DNA of 64,000 nucleotides, taken from assembly GCA_965645245.1 (NCBI GenBank), contig OZ287085.1, positions 372,001 to 436,000 of the forward strand, given 5' to 3'. Positions within the stretch are counted from its first letter, which is position 1; each line of letters starts with the position of its first letter. This stretch comes from Massalongia carnosa (taxonomy: Eukaryota). The notes below the pieces were generated by a model. It searched no databases and was not told the DNA's origin. It saw only the letters and a list, made by a program, of their open reading frames with translations. Shown here piece after piece: positions 50,834-63,022 of the stretch. Both the position numbers and the translations under genes were made by a program.

Positions 50834-51939
50834 GGTTCAACTCTGGTGCATTTACTACGCAGTGATAAGAAACTTGACGATGTAGAGATGGAGTCACGAT
50901 TGACTTAACCTGTACAGCGCTAAGCCTCGTTGGGCGCCATCCTTTCTAAGGACCTTCGTGGTGCTCCCTATTCCTCAATTCATAAATTTACTTAACTAAT
51001 TGTTGCCACCATTGAGCAGGAAGCAGAGTCTCCTATGACTGCAAAGCCCTTGCGCAATTCCTCTTAGACCAATGGCCCTGCCTGGAACCAACGACCGAGG
51101 GGTTTCCCAGACCTGTGATGATTGATGTCGCCCAAGCTCTGGGAGTTGTTCGTCCCGAGTGGCAGCGTTTCTTCCAGAGCCTAGACTATAATCTCGAAGC
51201 CCAGGAGATGCTTCCAACACGATGCCGCGGTGGCGAGTTCCCAGCACTCTCGCAAAATCTCTTATGCAAGACCGGCCTAATCTTATCGAGGAAGCGCATT
51301 TAATTATATCCAATGGAGACACAAGGCGGGTCACTGACAAACTCTACGACGAAGCTCTTGCCACGCAGCAAAACGAGGAGTTGCCATAATATCTGCAAAA
51401 GTCTATCCAGGCAAAGCTGACAGTGTCATCTGTATCTCGTGAAATTCGGGAGCTTGAGAAAAATATCGACGGTATTAGAGAATCAGTCCACAATGCCACA
51501 ACAGTATGGGCGAGACTTGATGCAGAGCCTTGACGAGCTAAAGATGTTTAAGAGCGCGCCGAAGCAGGATGAAGACTCACTTCTGCCCAACAACATCATG
51601 CAAAAGCGTCACAACTAATTCTCAAGCAAAGCATTAGGTCGATCAAGCCATTGACGGAGATCTAGGTCGTGACCAACATCCCCGTTAGCCTCCATAACCT
51701 CACCAAACCCTCCACCCCCTCCCCTACATACTGTTCGCCTTCTCTCTCTCTAATCCCCCCTTTCCTATTCGTCTGATCCGTTCGCCTCATGATCTATATT
51801 CTCCTCTCACATCTGAATCTGATCATCTGTTTGATTTTAACAACGGGTTTTCTTCGCTCGGCCTTTGAAAACATTTCTAACTAGGACGAGGACGAAGCTT
51901 GTCAAGGTAGACTTTGTTAGGAGTAGCTCTGACCCATGT

Positions 51940-52726
51940 TCAGATCCCGAAATACTTAATCATCAAATCGAAGAGTTCCAATTCCCATTGTAATTCCAGC
52001 TCGATGTCCTTGTCATCTCTAAGTAGATTTGAGAGCATGATGTGTGGAACTGTCCAAGAAACACTGAAGTCAATCAATTTATCTTCTCGATAATTTTGTT
52101 CTTTAATATCCCGAACGAAAAGCCCCAATTTCCGCATTGACATCAGATCCCTGAGCATGGATTTGATCGCACATTGATCAAAGGATATCTCACTTGACAC
52201 CAAAGCCTTGAAAATGGCACGAAATGGCTCTCTCTTAAAAGCAGGCTGCTTGTATTCCTTGAATGGTCTGTTCCATTCCGAAACATCGAAATTGTGAGAT
52301 AGATAATCTTCTTGAAGCGCCGAGACGGAAGTAAAACCATGACAACGCACGGCTATCTTGCCATTGAGTTCGTTATTCTCAATGCAACCATATGCACGAC
52401 ATTCTACATAGAACGGATCCATATGTGCAATAATCATATCCTATGGCACATTTATGCCTTCGAGCCCGTGCATATGCTCCTCCACGTCGTAGAACTTGAA
52501 CTATGTTAAGAAATTAGTTGATGATTTAACTTCAATATTATCAGCAGCTGAGACTTACAAGCTTCAAAGCATATCGATTTGATTTAATGACTATCTCGAA
52601 AACATAACTGTGCTTAGCACTTTCTTCGTCACTTAACAATCTGATAAATTCAATGTTACTTGAACGATGTTTGAAAGAATGTAGCTGTGGGTCATGGATT
52701 AACGGCAAAGATTCGTTCAAGTCCAC
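51940..52726 (-). pseudogene. Protein-kinase-like (FTA2-family-like) gene with an intron at ~52502-52558 and a premature TAG at ~52442
   Basis: YALKL|FKFYD, DPFYVECRAYG, AVRCHGF, RDIKEQNY, LIDFSVSWT. Confidence 0.6.
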
Positions 52727-52915
52727 GACTACTTTTGCAAACGATAGATTCTACGCATGCGTAGTAAGCTAAACAGAGTCTTAACCTAAAACAGTTATAC
52801 TATTCACTAAAATAGCTTAGCTTTAGACTAATAATATACTAATCTGAATAGGTTTAGCTGTGGCGAGGGCAAGGCTACCAAGACTTCGGCGGTTGTGCCC
52901 ATCTTTCTACTCGAC

Positions 52916-54858
52916 ATGGCTCGTGGTCAAGCGAAATCGAGTACCAAAAACAGTCGGCAGCAAGCCCAAGGTGAGACATGCTTCACATACCAAGCCTGCT
53001 TGCCTGACTGTTAATAGAAAGCGGCCTCAAGGCATCGAAAAACGGCCACAACCTCTTTGCAGGAGCGCACGTTTGGACCAAATACAACAGCAAACCGGAT
53101 CCAAAAGCCAAACCACAAAACCAAAGCCCACACTCCCATCTCCATCAGCAAGCAATACTCCCAGCAAAGAGGCAGGTCCGTCATCTTTAATGCTTTGTGA
53201 AGCTAACTCAAGTGAAGGTCCCACAAAGCTCGCCTGTCCCTCCCAAAGTTGTCAATTCTCCAGAGTGGACACAAAAGTCCAGTCCAAATCCCCGACCTGA
53301 AAAGATCAAACAGCCCCGCTCTCAAAACAGGCACGAGTCGACCCGAAAACCTGATCGAAAACGAAAGCGATCGCACAACACCGAAGACGTTCAAAACGAG
53401 CCTATTGAAAAACGGGCACGAATCTCGTCACCAAACTGTGCTGCTGAAAGTAAAGAGGAAATCAACGACAATGACAGTGAAAAAGATCTTCCAATCGAGC
53501 ATTGGACAAAGACAGGACGCTGGCCTGAGAAACTTTTTCAACCGGATCCCAATATGAGCCAACAACTGACCAAAAAAAGGTCATCTTCTGCAATGAGCTA
53601 CAGCCAAGGCGTCAGAGAAAGCATCTACCCAACCGCCCATACTTCAACATACGAAAAAGAGATTCTCGAGCCGGCGGGAATCATTTTAGACCAACAAATA
53701 GGTGAGGCAGCAATTGGACATGACGCCCGAGAACTATGCCAGACCCTACTGAAAGCCACTTACGAAATTCCTAAAAACTCGCTTTTCGAGGGCAATCTTT
53801 TCTGGAAGGTCATCAACGGTGTACGCAATGAGGGTGAAGGAAGAGTCGTACGAGACTTTCAACCAGATGTCGTTCCATCAGCTGGAATTCTCTCTTTCCG
53901 TGGTTTATCAAAAGTCAACTATCTAAAAGAGACGGTTAAAATACCCTGGAATAACGTCGTCTCTCTTGCGGGTCCCATACCATGTCCAGATTTTACAGTG
54001 GGTCTCCTCCCATCTGCATTCACTAAATCGGAGATCGACAAGCTTCACAGTCGCCATAATACATCCGATACACCGTCGAGGTTTACCGGAAACTTGTTTT
54101 TCCCACTTTTCACTTGCGAGGCGAAATGCGGCGCCAACGGACTCAATGAATCCGATCGCCGGAATGCTCGAAGTGCTGCTACGGTAATTAATGCGATTCT
54201 TTAGCTCTACCAACAGGGAGAGAAGACCCGCCGGGAATCTGGAGCCGCATCTGGAATAGATCAACTGCATCAGGAAATCCTTTTCTTCTCCGTTTCCCAT
54301 GATCACACTATTGTCAAGATCTTTGGCCATTACCCTTTGATCAAGGAGGACAGGACATATTTCCATCGCCATCTCATCGAAAGTTTCGATCTCACCGCAC
54401 GCGACGGTGAAAATAGATGGACGGCTTATAACTTCGTCCGCAAGCTGTACGACCATTTCGCCCCAATTCATTTGAAAAGAATCCGAGATGCTATCCCCTA
54501 TTTGCCTGAGCAAAATTCCGAATCATTCATATCCACCAACACTGCTGAAGGGGAATCAGAATTTGCCGATTCGCAGGAAATGGCGACAAGTGCTCCTGCG
54601 TCACAGAATAACGAGAGCTTCATAAGGCCTACACTGCCGCCAAAGAAGAAGCGACAGAACAAGGATACTGAGCTTGCCATGCTACAACAGGAGCTCACCC
54701 AGGAGAAGAGAGAGAGAGAGTGTGTGTGTGTGGAGAGCAAGCAGGAGCTAGAGAGAGAGAGTGTGGAGAGCAAGGAACGACAAGCGGAGCTCATGGATTT
54801 GCTGAAGGAGCAGAAGGAGCAAAAAATGAAGCTCATAGACATGTTGAGTAAAGGTTGA
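52916..54858 (+). pseudogene. Putative PD-(D/E)XK nuclease-like protein (DUF7924-like) with C-terminal coiled coil; in-frame TAG at 54202-54204
   Basis: PCPDFTVGL, FPLFTCEAKC, FFSVSHD, HRHLI, RWTAYNFVRKLYD; ORFs 53197-54204 and 54337-54858 are in the same frame; 5' exons approximate. Confidence 0.6.
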
Positions 54859-57800
54859 CCTAGGCTTTCTCTCGTTGGAATCCTTGCGATACATTTGGCA
54901 ACTTGCTCATTTTAACTTGCGTGAGAGCTATTACCGCCGACAGTTTTCTCCTTAAATATCCTACTGAAGTATGGATTGCTCATAGCCTTGCTGCTCTATC
55001 AGGGATGACATATCTTGTTTCATTCAAACGCTGAGCACTCCCCATCCCCCTGAAGGACGTTGCCCCCAATCTAATCCTAGTTCATCTAAATTGTTCTCCT
55101 ATCTGAGCTAAGCGCCAAGTATCCCTAGATTATTAGGATAGGGGACATGATCACTTACCCTAGCCAAGTGCTGAGCGCTCTCCCATCCAGATCACTCCCC
55201 TGAGGGATCTCATCCCCTATTTGGACCAAGCACAGAGCATTCCCCATCCAGATTATTAGAATAGGGTAATTAACCACTCACCCTATTTTTGACGGGTTTG
55301 ATCACCTATTCGCCACACCTATTTCGTGGGGATGAGACTCTTTATCTCTTTCGACAAGCCCGTCAACGAGACTTGTATAAACGGTGACGTCAATTCCAAT
55401 CCGTGGCGCTCCGCAATTGCAGGATGGTCTATCGCCCAAGTCTAAGCCCGAAGGAAGGCCGTAGTGTAAATAAAAATGTCGGTAGCTCTTTCAATCCTCA
55501 GTCTAGTCTCATGCAGTTATCATAAAAGCTTATTCAGGCTTAGAGCCTCATGATATCAACAGGATCAGTTGATCTCCGAAGTTTGACGAAGTGAAACGGT
55601 CCGGTACGGTCGAGGCAAGAGGGGAGTTTTTGGTCCTGTCCGCACGACGTCCTCTCCGCATTAAACGGTAATTCAGTACTATATACTGTAGAAGGCTGAA
55701 GATGCGTGCGCCTTGTTCGCCTTGATCTGATGCAACCTCTACATAAATGAATTGAACCAGACTGTAAAGTATAGTCGACCGGCCACACTCAAGATCGAGT
55801 GTTGTTCGAATTGCGATCGATCCTGTCAGGTTGTCTTGCAGGCCAGTCGCAGACGATTTCGTTATCGTGGTAGTCACAGGCAAAGCTCATTCGTTGGAAG
55901 CTGTCAAGGAATGCACGTCAGAAGTCTCCACGGATACCTGTGCGTTTTCAAAAAATGCTGAACTTGGGAGGGTGTAGATGCCTGTTTACTGATCGCCAAT
56001 GGACAAGGTGCTCGCCCTGTTGGCCCGTTAAAAGCGGCGGCCCCTGGTGAAGTGCAAACGGAGCGGGGGTTTCATTATTTTTATCCTATTTAGTACCAAG
56101 AATTCCTCCCACGAAACTGCCTCAAGATAAGCTATTAACAACAATACGAAAGTCGTCAAGCTTTTGAATCAAGCAATCGATCAAGCGGAAGACCCCAAGA
56201 TTATGATTTGACTGAGATATTGAAGATGCTCATCTCGTTATTTAATGAGTCTTTCGATCTCTTTGATAAATTAAAGGCAGATGTAAAAGCCATTGGAGCA
56301 GGCGCTGAAAATAAATTATTCTTTTTTTAAATATAAACGAGTGGGAATATTAGCTTTCTCCTTTTCTGAACGTCATGTCGACGACCCGCAGAAGAGCCGA
56401 TATTCAGGAATGTTCGAAGAATTTCGGAAATCAGAATCCTGAGCACTGCGAATCTCAGAATGCTGAGCCAAAGGCTAGCAGCAGTACATGTATCCATGCG
56501 AGCGACGACTCGCCTTCTATGAAGCAGGATACGGAGCAATGCCGAGAGCGGTGTTCGCTGAGTACTCCACCTACTTCCGCGGCTGGTTTAAAAGCTGGAT
56601 AAGATCCGCACTCCAATTCGACGAATCAATACTGATAGGTCATCTTTGTTTTCAAAAGTTCCATCCTATATCGAAAGAATGAATTCCTGACACCGTATAC
56701 CACCCCTCCACATCACGGTTCCTACCGCTCGTTCGTAGCCTGCGAATCAGTTTACCAGTCAAACAACGAAGCTTGCTATGATAGCGAGAGTAATCCCTCA
56801 ATATCCTGAGACAGAAGCGCTCAGTGGAATGACAAATTGTCGGAAGCAGACGGCAAAGAGGAAATGCTTCAAAGGAATAACAACGAAAAGAAGCTAAGCT
56901 GCGTCTCACAGAGAAAAGGCGTCGATCTGACGTTACGAAGAAGCTTTTTTTGAAACGCCATGTTAAAGATCGTCACTTTTTCTTACCACCTTCTTCAGAT
57001 TAAACGGGGGCTGAGCCAGACATCAGCAGATACGCGTCTGCTAAAGCATCTTGCACTTCGAATCGTCTATCCGACTCTTCGTCTATCCTTTCGACCGGCC
57101 GTAAGAGAGAGAAAAATCCTGATAATGCGCTTGAGAGCGTCAACGGGAGGTCGAAGTGATACCCGCCTTTTCAGACGGCAGGTGTCTACGAGCAGCAGTG
57201 TTGGCAATGAGAGATTGTGCGAGAAAGAGATATAATGCAGTTGCTCGAAAAGGTCTTGAAAGCAATACTTGATTCAACGGAAGAAGTCCTGAGTGACGAT
57301 GCCCGTTTCGCGGCTTCAGAATTGCTACAAAACTGAAGAGACACTAAGACACTGAAACGTCGTGATTAGGGCCGACGAAATCCTTGTCATATCTTATCTG
57401 TTCTGCAGGTTACACTCGATGACAATATTTAACTTTATGATCCGTCATTACTCTTGTCGTTCAGAACAGACTTGAGCGCGCTGTCTTGCCGAAAACTAGT
57501 GTTTCACATAATATTGCTTTGCTGAAGATGATGATCAGCATCTTACTATTATTGTTACATGAGATGAGGATAGATGAAAATTGAACATATGATTATGATT
57601 AGAATGAAGGGTTTCAGTCTAGATTGCAGAAAGCAAATGATATTGAAGTTATTGCTTAGAAGATGATAACACTTCGCCCTCTCCATGTTTTATTTCACCT
57701 CTTTCTTCCTATCAATACGACCCGTGTACTCTAATTAATATTCAAATCTTCGCCGTCGCCCGTAAAAACCATCTTCACGGCATTCAGCAGCTCGACTCTC

Positions 57801-58159
57801 CCTCCTGCCTTCCTCCAAGATCAAAATGACTAGCATCACTAGTAAAGCAACTAAAGCAGCGACCTCAAGTCATTTAGATAGGAGGATCCGACAAGAAGAT
57901 GAATCAGACGGCAAGAGCTTAAAGTATAACAACCTATAATAAATAAAGAGAAAAAGGTTAACAAGAGACTAGCTTAATGATGCTCAGAAGGTGATGTTGT
58001 TATTCGCCTCCCAGAGAAGGGGGAAGATTGACATGTACGATAGATACTACGGATCATAATCAATGAATGAAATACTCTGATCGATCAAGAATCGAGACAG
58101 CCAGACCACGGACTTATCGAGAGGGAGCTCTTGAAAAGTGATGCCTTTGGTTAAAGCAA

Positions 58160-61100
58160 CTATTTCGCACCTGCAGCACGCAGTCTCTCTACTACATCTA
58201 GATGGCCACCTTCAGCTGCTGCTTGAAGTGCAGTTCTGCCACGGAATCCAGTAGCAGCATTAACGTCAGCCTTCTCTTGAAGCAATCTCTTCACTACATC
58301 TAGATGGCCACCTCCAGCTGCTGCTTGAAGTGCAGTTCTGCCATTGTATTTAGAAGCAGCAGCATTGATGTCAGCCTTCTCTTGAAGCAATCTCTTCACT
58401 ACATCTAGATGACCACCTCCAGCTGCTGCTTGAAGTGCAGTCCTACCATAGAATGCAGCAGCAGCAGCATTAACGTCAGCCTTCTCTTGAAGCAATCTCT
58501 TCACTAAATCTAGATGGCCACATCCAGCTGCTGCTTGAAGTGCAGTCCTGCCATAGAATGCAGCAGCAGCAACATTGACGTCAGCCTTCTCTTGAAGCAA
58601 TCTCTCCACCATATCTAAATGACCACCTTCAGCTGCTGCTTGAAGTGCAGTTCTACCATCAGATCCAGCAGCAGCATTAACGTCAGCCTTCTCTTGAAGC
58701 AATCTCTTCACTAAATCTAGATGGCCACCTCCAGCTGCTGCTTGAAGTGCAGTCCTGCCATAGAATGTAGCAGCAGCAGCATTGACGTCAGCCTTCTCTT
58801 GAAGCAATCTCTCCACAATATCTAAATGACCACCTTCAGCTGCTGCTTGAAGTGCAGTTCTACCATCAGATCCAGCAGCAGCATTAACGTCAGCCTTCTC
58901 TTGAAGTAATCTCTTCACAACATCTAGATAGCCACCTCTAGCTGCTGCTTGAAGTGCAGTCTTGCCCTCGAATGTAGCAGCAGCATTAACGTCAGCCTTC
59001 TCTTGAAGCAATCTCTTCACTACATTTAGATGGCCACCTCCAGCTGCTGCTTGAAGTGCAGTCTTGCCCTCGAATGCAGCAGCAGCATTAACGTCAGCCT
59101 TCTCTTGAAGTAATCTCTTCACCACATTTTGATGGCCGCCTTCAGCTGCTGCTTGAAGTGCAGTTCTGCCATTGTATTTAGCAGCAGCAGCATTAACGTC
59201 AGCCTTCTCTTGAAGCAATCTCTTCACTACATCTAGATGACCACCTCCAGCTGCTGCTTGAAGTGCAGTCCTGCCACGGGATGCAGCAGCAGCAGCATTA
59301 ACGTCAGCCTTCTCTTGAAGCAATCTCTTCACCACATTAAGATGGCCACCTTCAGCTGCTGCTTGAAGTGCAGTCCTGCCACGGGATGCAGCAGCAGCAT
59401 TAACGTCAGTCTTCTCGTGTAGCAGTCTCTCCACTACATTTAAATGGCCTCCCCCAGCTGCTGATTGTAATCCTGAATCTAGAATGAATTGGGGAATATC
59501 TTCTGAGCCCAGAATAATCTCTATCAAATGTGCATGTCCTCTCTCTGCAGCGCCTTTGACGAGATTTAGAAGATTCTGCTGTGTAAGCCTTACGTCAGGG
59601 TCTATGATCAGCCAAGCTAACGAGCAGTGGTTCTGTTCTACTACCCATTGTATGACTTTAGTAGTGCGCTTCTTCCAGTCCTCCAATGTCCATGGTATGC
59701 CAGACAGAGTGTCACGCCAACTGGCGTCCCTTATCAAATTGCACCACAGTCCCCACAGCTTCCCAGAATCAGGACTCATTCCCTGCTTAGTGTGTTCAAG
59801 CCAGAATTGGTTTGCGTAAGGTCGAAAGGAGTAATGTCTGAAAATTTTATCCTGGCGGCAAACTTCGATATCACCCCCTACTTCCTCCAATAGCCGATGG
59901 ACTGACTTGCTAGACTTATCATCTCGTCTCAGTAACTTAAGAGCAATTTTATTGGAGAAGTTCCCAAGCGATAGGCTATTCTTTATGATCATTGACGTGA
60001 TACCGGTAGTGGTGATGATGCTTTTGCCGGTTTTATGCGCAATTTGCCTATAAAACACGGGGAAATTGAGATATGTGACACAGATAGCACCTGCATCTTC
60101 ATCGGCCTTTTTCAGATCCACGTAATGTTTGCTCAGCGAATCCTGGGCGGCTCTTGAAAGCAAATATTGTTTGACGCTACAATGCGTAAAGTGTACCGTT
60201 TGCTGTTCTTCTTCTATGAAGACGAGATTACCGCAACATGCCACCGCTTTCTCCATGTCGTTGATATATATTTTATCATTCCATGCCTCTTGTAGTGATA
60301 TGGTCCCTATGGCTTCCCGAAGTTCTTCGACCGTAAGCGGACGTTTCGCTACAGTGACCCAGCGAAATATTCGCCTTCCAATATCAATGTCGTCAGCTTC
60401 GGTATATTTGGAGAGAATTCTTTTAAACGTCTCCGGAAGATCGCGTGGAAGATTTCTCAACGCAGCAAGTATCAGACTATCCGACTTTTTCTCACGCAAC
60501 TCTTGGAGTTGAAATTTGACCCATAAGAACCTTTTGAGGTAAGCCCTACACAGTTATTTAGGACATAAGGAGATCATACATTCCTTGAGCTTCCTTTTCA
60601 AGACGGTCTTGAATCGTTATTATTAGGGTTGGATCACCGATTTGCAGTTCCGGTGTCTCGCCTTCGAGCCACTCTTCGAGTGTGACGAGGATGAATTTAC
60701 GAATATCGTGAGCGACTCTGCTTTGATTCTCAACGGTTTCTAAATCGATATGCTGCTGGGTCAGGAATCTTCTTGGTAGCCAACTCAGTACGTTTGGACG
60801 ACTGGACCAAAATAATTTTATATGCAAATGGGGGGAAAGCAAAAGTCCGTGGAAGATCCCAGCAACCTCCTTGACTTGCGCTTCTTCGCATTCGTCCAAG
60901 CCATCCAGCACTATAAAGTATTCGCGAGTATGGCTCAACATTACTTCAAGAGCGCTAATGATGCTTGTTTCATCGATACTTTTCTGATTGAATGCGCAGA
61001 ACTCTTTTGCAGGCAAATCACTCAGCAATTGCCTGGCAACACTTCCAACGATTGTCTTTGCTTTCAAAGACTCCGTTTCATCGAAGCGGCAGAAAAAAAA

Positions 61101-62377
61101 GGCAGTAACATCTTTCGGCGATACTTTCTCTATTAAATGTGCAGCCACACAAGCGCTTGGACTGCATTAGTAAAACTTCGTCGTGAAAGCTAATAAGGGA
61201 CTGAACCTTGTGACCGATTTCCCTGATCCTACTGATTTTCACCTAAGCATTGCTGGGCACTAGGAGTCATTATACACTTACACCTGCCAGTAAACCTAAT
61301 TGTTTTCAGAGTTCCAGATATCCATGCATGAAATTCTGGGCTCTCACATATCCACATTGATGTACCAGGTACGCACTCTTTACGAATCTGCCTGTACGTC
61401 TTCTGATAATCATAAGTCGAAAGACCGTTCAAGGCTTCCAATCTCTTTTTTTCTAATGTACGGCGGTCGATCTCCAAACGCCAATTTCTTTCCTCTTCCT
61501 TAATTTTGTGATAATCGTACCTAAATTTGACCACGATTTCCCGATACTTCCTAGCATCCGAACGTTCTTTAGCTTGAAGCTCATTTTCCTGCTTTTGAGC
61601 TTGCTTCGATGCCAGAGATGCTTCATCTCGAACTTCTTGAGATAATCGTGCAATTTCCCCTTCATACGGTCCAAACTCCGCCTTAAAGGAGACCATCAAT
61701 GCCTTAGACAACTGTGTATATACTGAAAACACGTCAATTCTTGGACTGCGTCAAAGGTGGACAAGTGAGTTGGGAAGAAGAGCAGCAAGCGTATATACCT
61801 GGCTTTCGAAGATACTGCGTTACGTGCTTACAAAGCCGTATAATGGCAGCGTAATAGTCATAGAGCGCTTTCTGCAGTCCTATTGAAGGATACAAGGATC
61901 TAAATTCATGCATTCGAGGGCATTGCCTTCCTAGATTCATGAGGAGGATTGACAACTGATCGAAGTAAGACGAAAAATTGTTCGCAGCCTACAAGAGTCA
62001 AACCTAATACTTGAGCTGGGGAGAGGAATTACGAGTAAAGCCAGTTTCACCCCACCCCACACTAATGCCGCGACATGAGGATTCGAGCTGATGAATACAT
62101 CAACTACCTGAGAAAATTGCTGAATTGATTCAAGGAATGTAATCAGCCTTGGACCCATACATTGACTACGGCGGCTGCTGCATTTTCGATCAATGAGAGA
62201 CGTGAGATTGATAGCAGCTGTAGCATCTGGCAATCCTTGCGAGTGGAGTTGGATCCTGTCTTCATCCGAAAGGATCGACTCGTAATCATATAATGCTTGT
62301 GCAAGTTTGATTTCAGGCTTCAGCGGCGTTGCGTCAGCGAGCACCAACGCCATCCTAATAGCACACTTGCTAATCAC
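58160..62377 (-). CDS. Fungal NLR: N-terminal helical domain, NACHT NTPase, 13 highly conserved ankyrin repeats; multi-exon
   Basis: P-loop GRLGSGKS (spliced), FFFC, IVLDGLDEC, SSRP, AQGM|FLW; ankyrin array at 58170-59470. Confidence 0.9.
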
Positions 62378-62784
62378 GGAGATAGTTAGTCATATTCATC
62401 CTAGGTTTCGTAAATCTTTATCGATAGTGTTCGATTAAAAGCGGTTGCGCTCGTAGCCTATGTTGTTGTACTACGGGACTGATATTTCGTCTTATTTCGT
62501 CGGTTGGAATCAATGGCGGAAATGGAGATGTAAGCTAGTAGGTATTGCTGTGAGTCGATCTCAATATCCAAGGTCGTAGAGAAAGATAATAATCAGAAGC
62601 AATTAGATATAAAGAAAAGCATTGAAGTGGTGGCTGTTCCCTCCGTCAGCCTTGTTGCTGGCCTTGTCACTGGGTCTGCCAACCCCAACTTACGACTCGC
62701 ACGTTAGCGGCCAGAGCACCGAGCTCTAGACGTGAACTGGAGTCGTGCCGAGTCAATCCAAGGCCAGTAGGAAGTGGAGAAGGG

Positions 62785-62860
62785 TAGTAACTACCTGTGT
62801 AGTAACCATCTGTGTAGTAACTACCTGTGTAATAACTACTTGTGTAGTAGCTATCTGTGT
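62785..62860. repeat. 15-bp minisatellite (TAGTAACTACCTGTG), ~5 copies
   Basis: Direct inspection. Confidence 0.8.
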
Positions 62861-62882
62861 GTCAGGCGATTAGGGGTCACAT

Positions 62883-63001
62883 TGTTAAATAAACAGTTGA
62901 CGGCATAATGTTGAAATTACTATGGAGGTGACTGCTTATAGCAGTCATGGCAGCCTGCAGGGCTGAGCTAGAACTAATGGGGCTAAGCGAGTATTCCAAC
63001 A
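62883..63001. mobile_element. Solo LTR (119 bp), TSD CACAT
   Basis: TGTTA...CCAACA; CACAT at 62878-62882 and 63002-63006; an uninterrupted GGGGTCACATGACC occurs at ~84-97. Confidence 0.8.
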
Positions 63002-63022
63002 CACATGACCTACGAACACCTA

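Noticed and set aside
50996..51620. Short coiled-coil-like coding remnants
   Set aside because: Fragmentary and not assignable.
55030..55290. Degenerate short direct repeats (GAGC..TCCCCATCCAGAT)
   Set aside because: Irregular spacing, with no termini or TSD to support an element.
55500..57340. Scattered short ORFs, possibly a decayed gene
   Set aside because: Many stops and no motif I can recognise.
58170..59470. Regular repeats resembling a CRISPR array
   Set aside because: They are in-frame ankyrin-coding units with no unique spacers.
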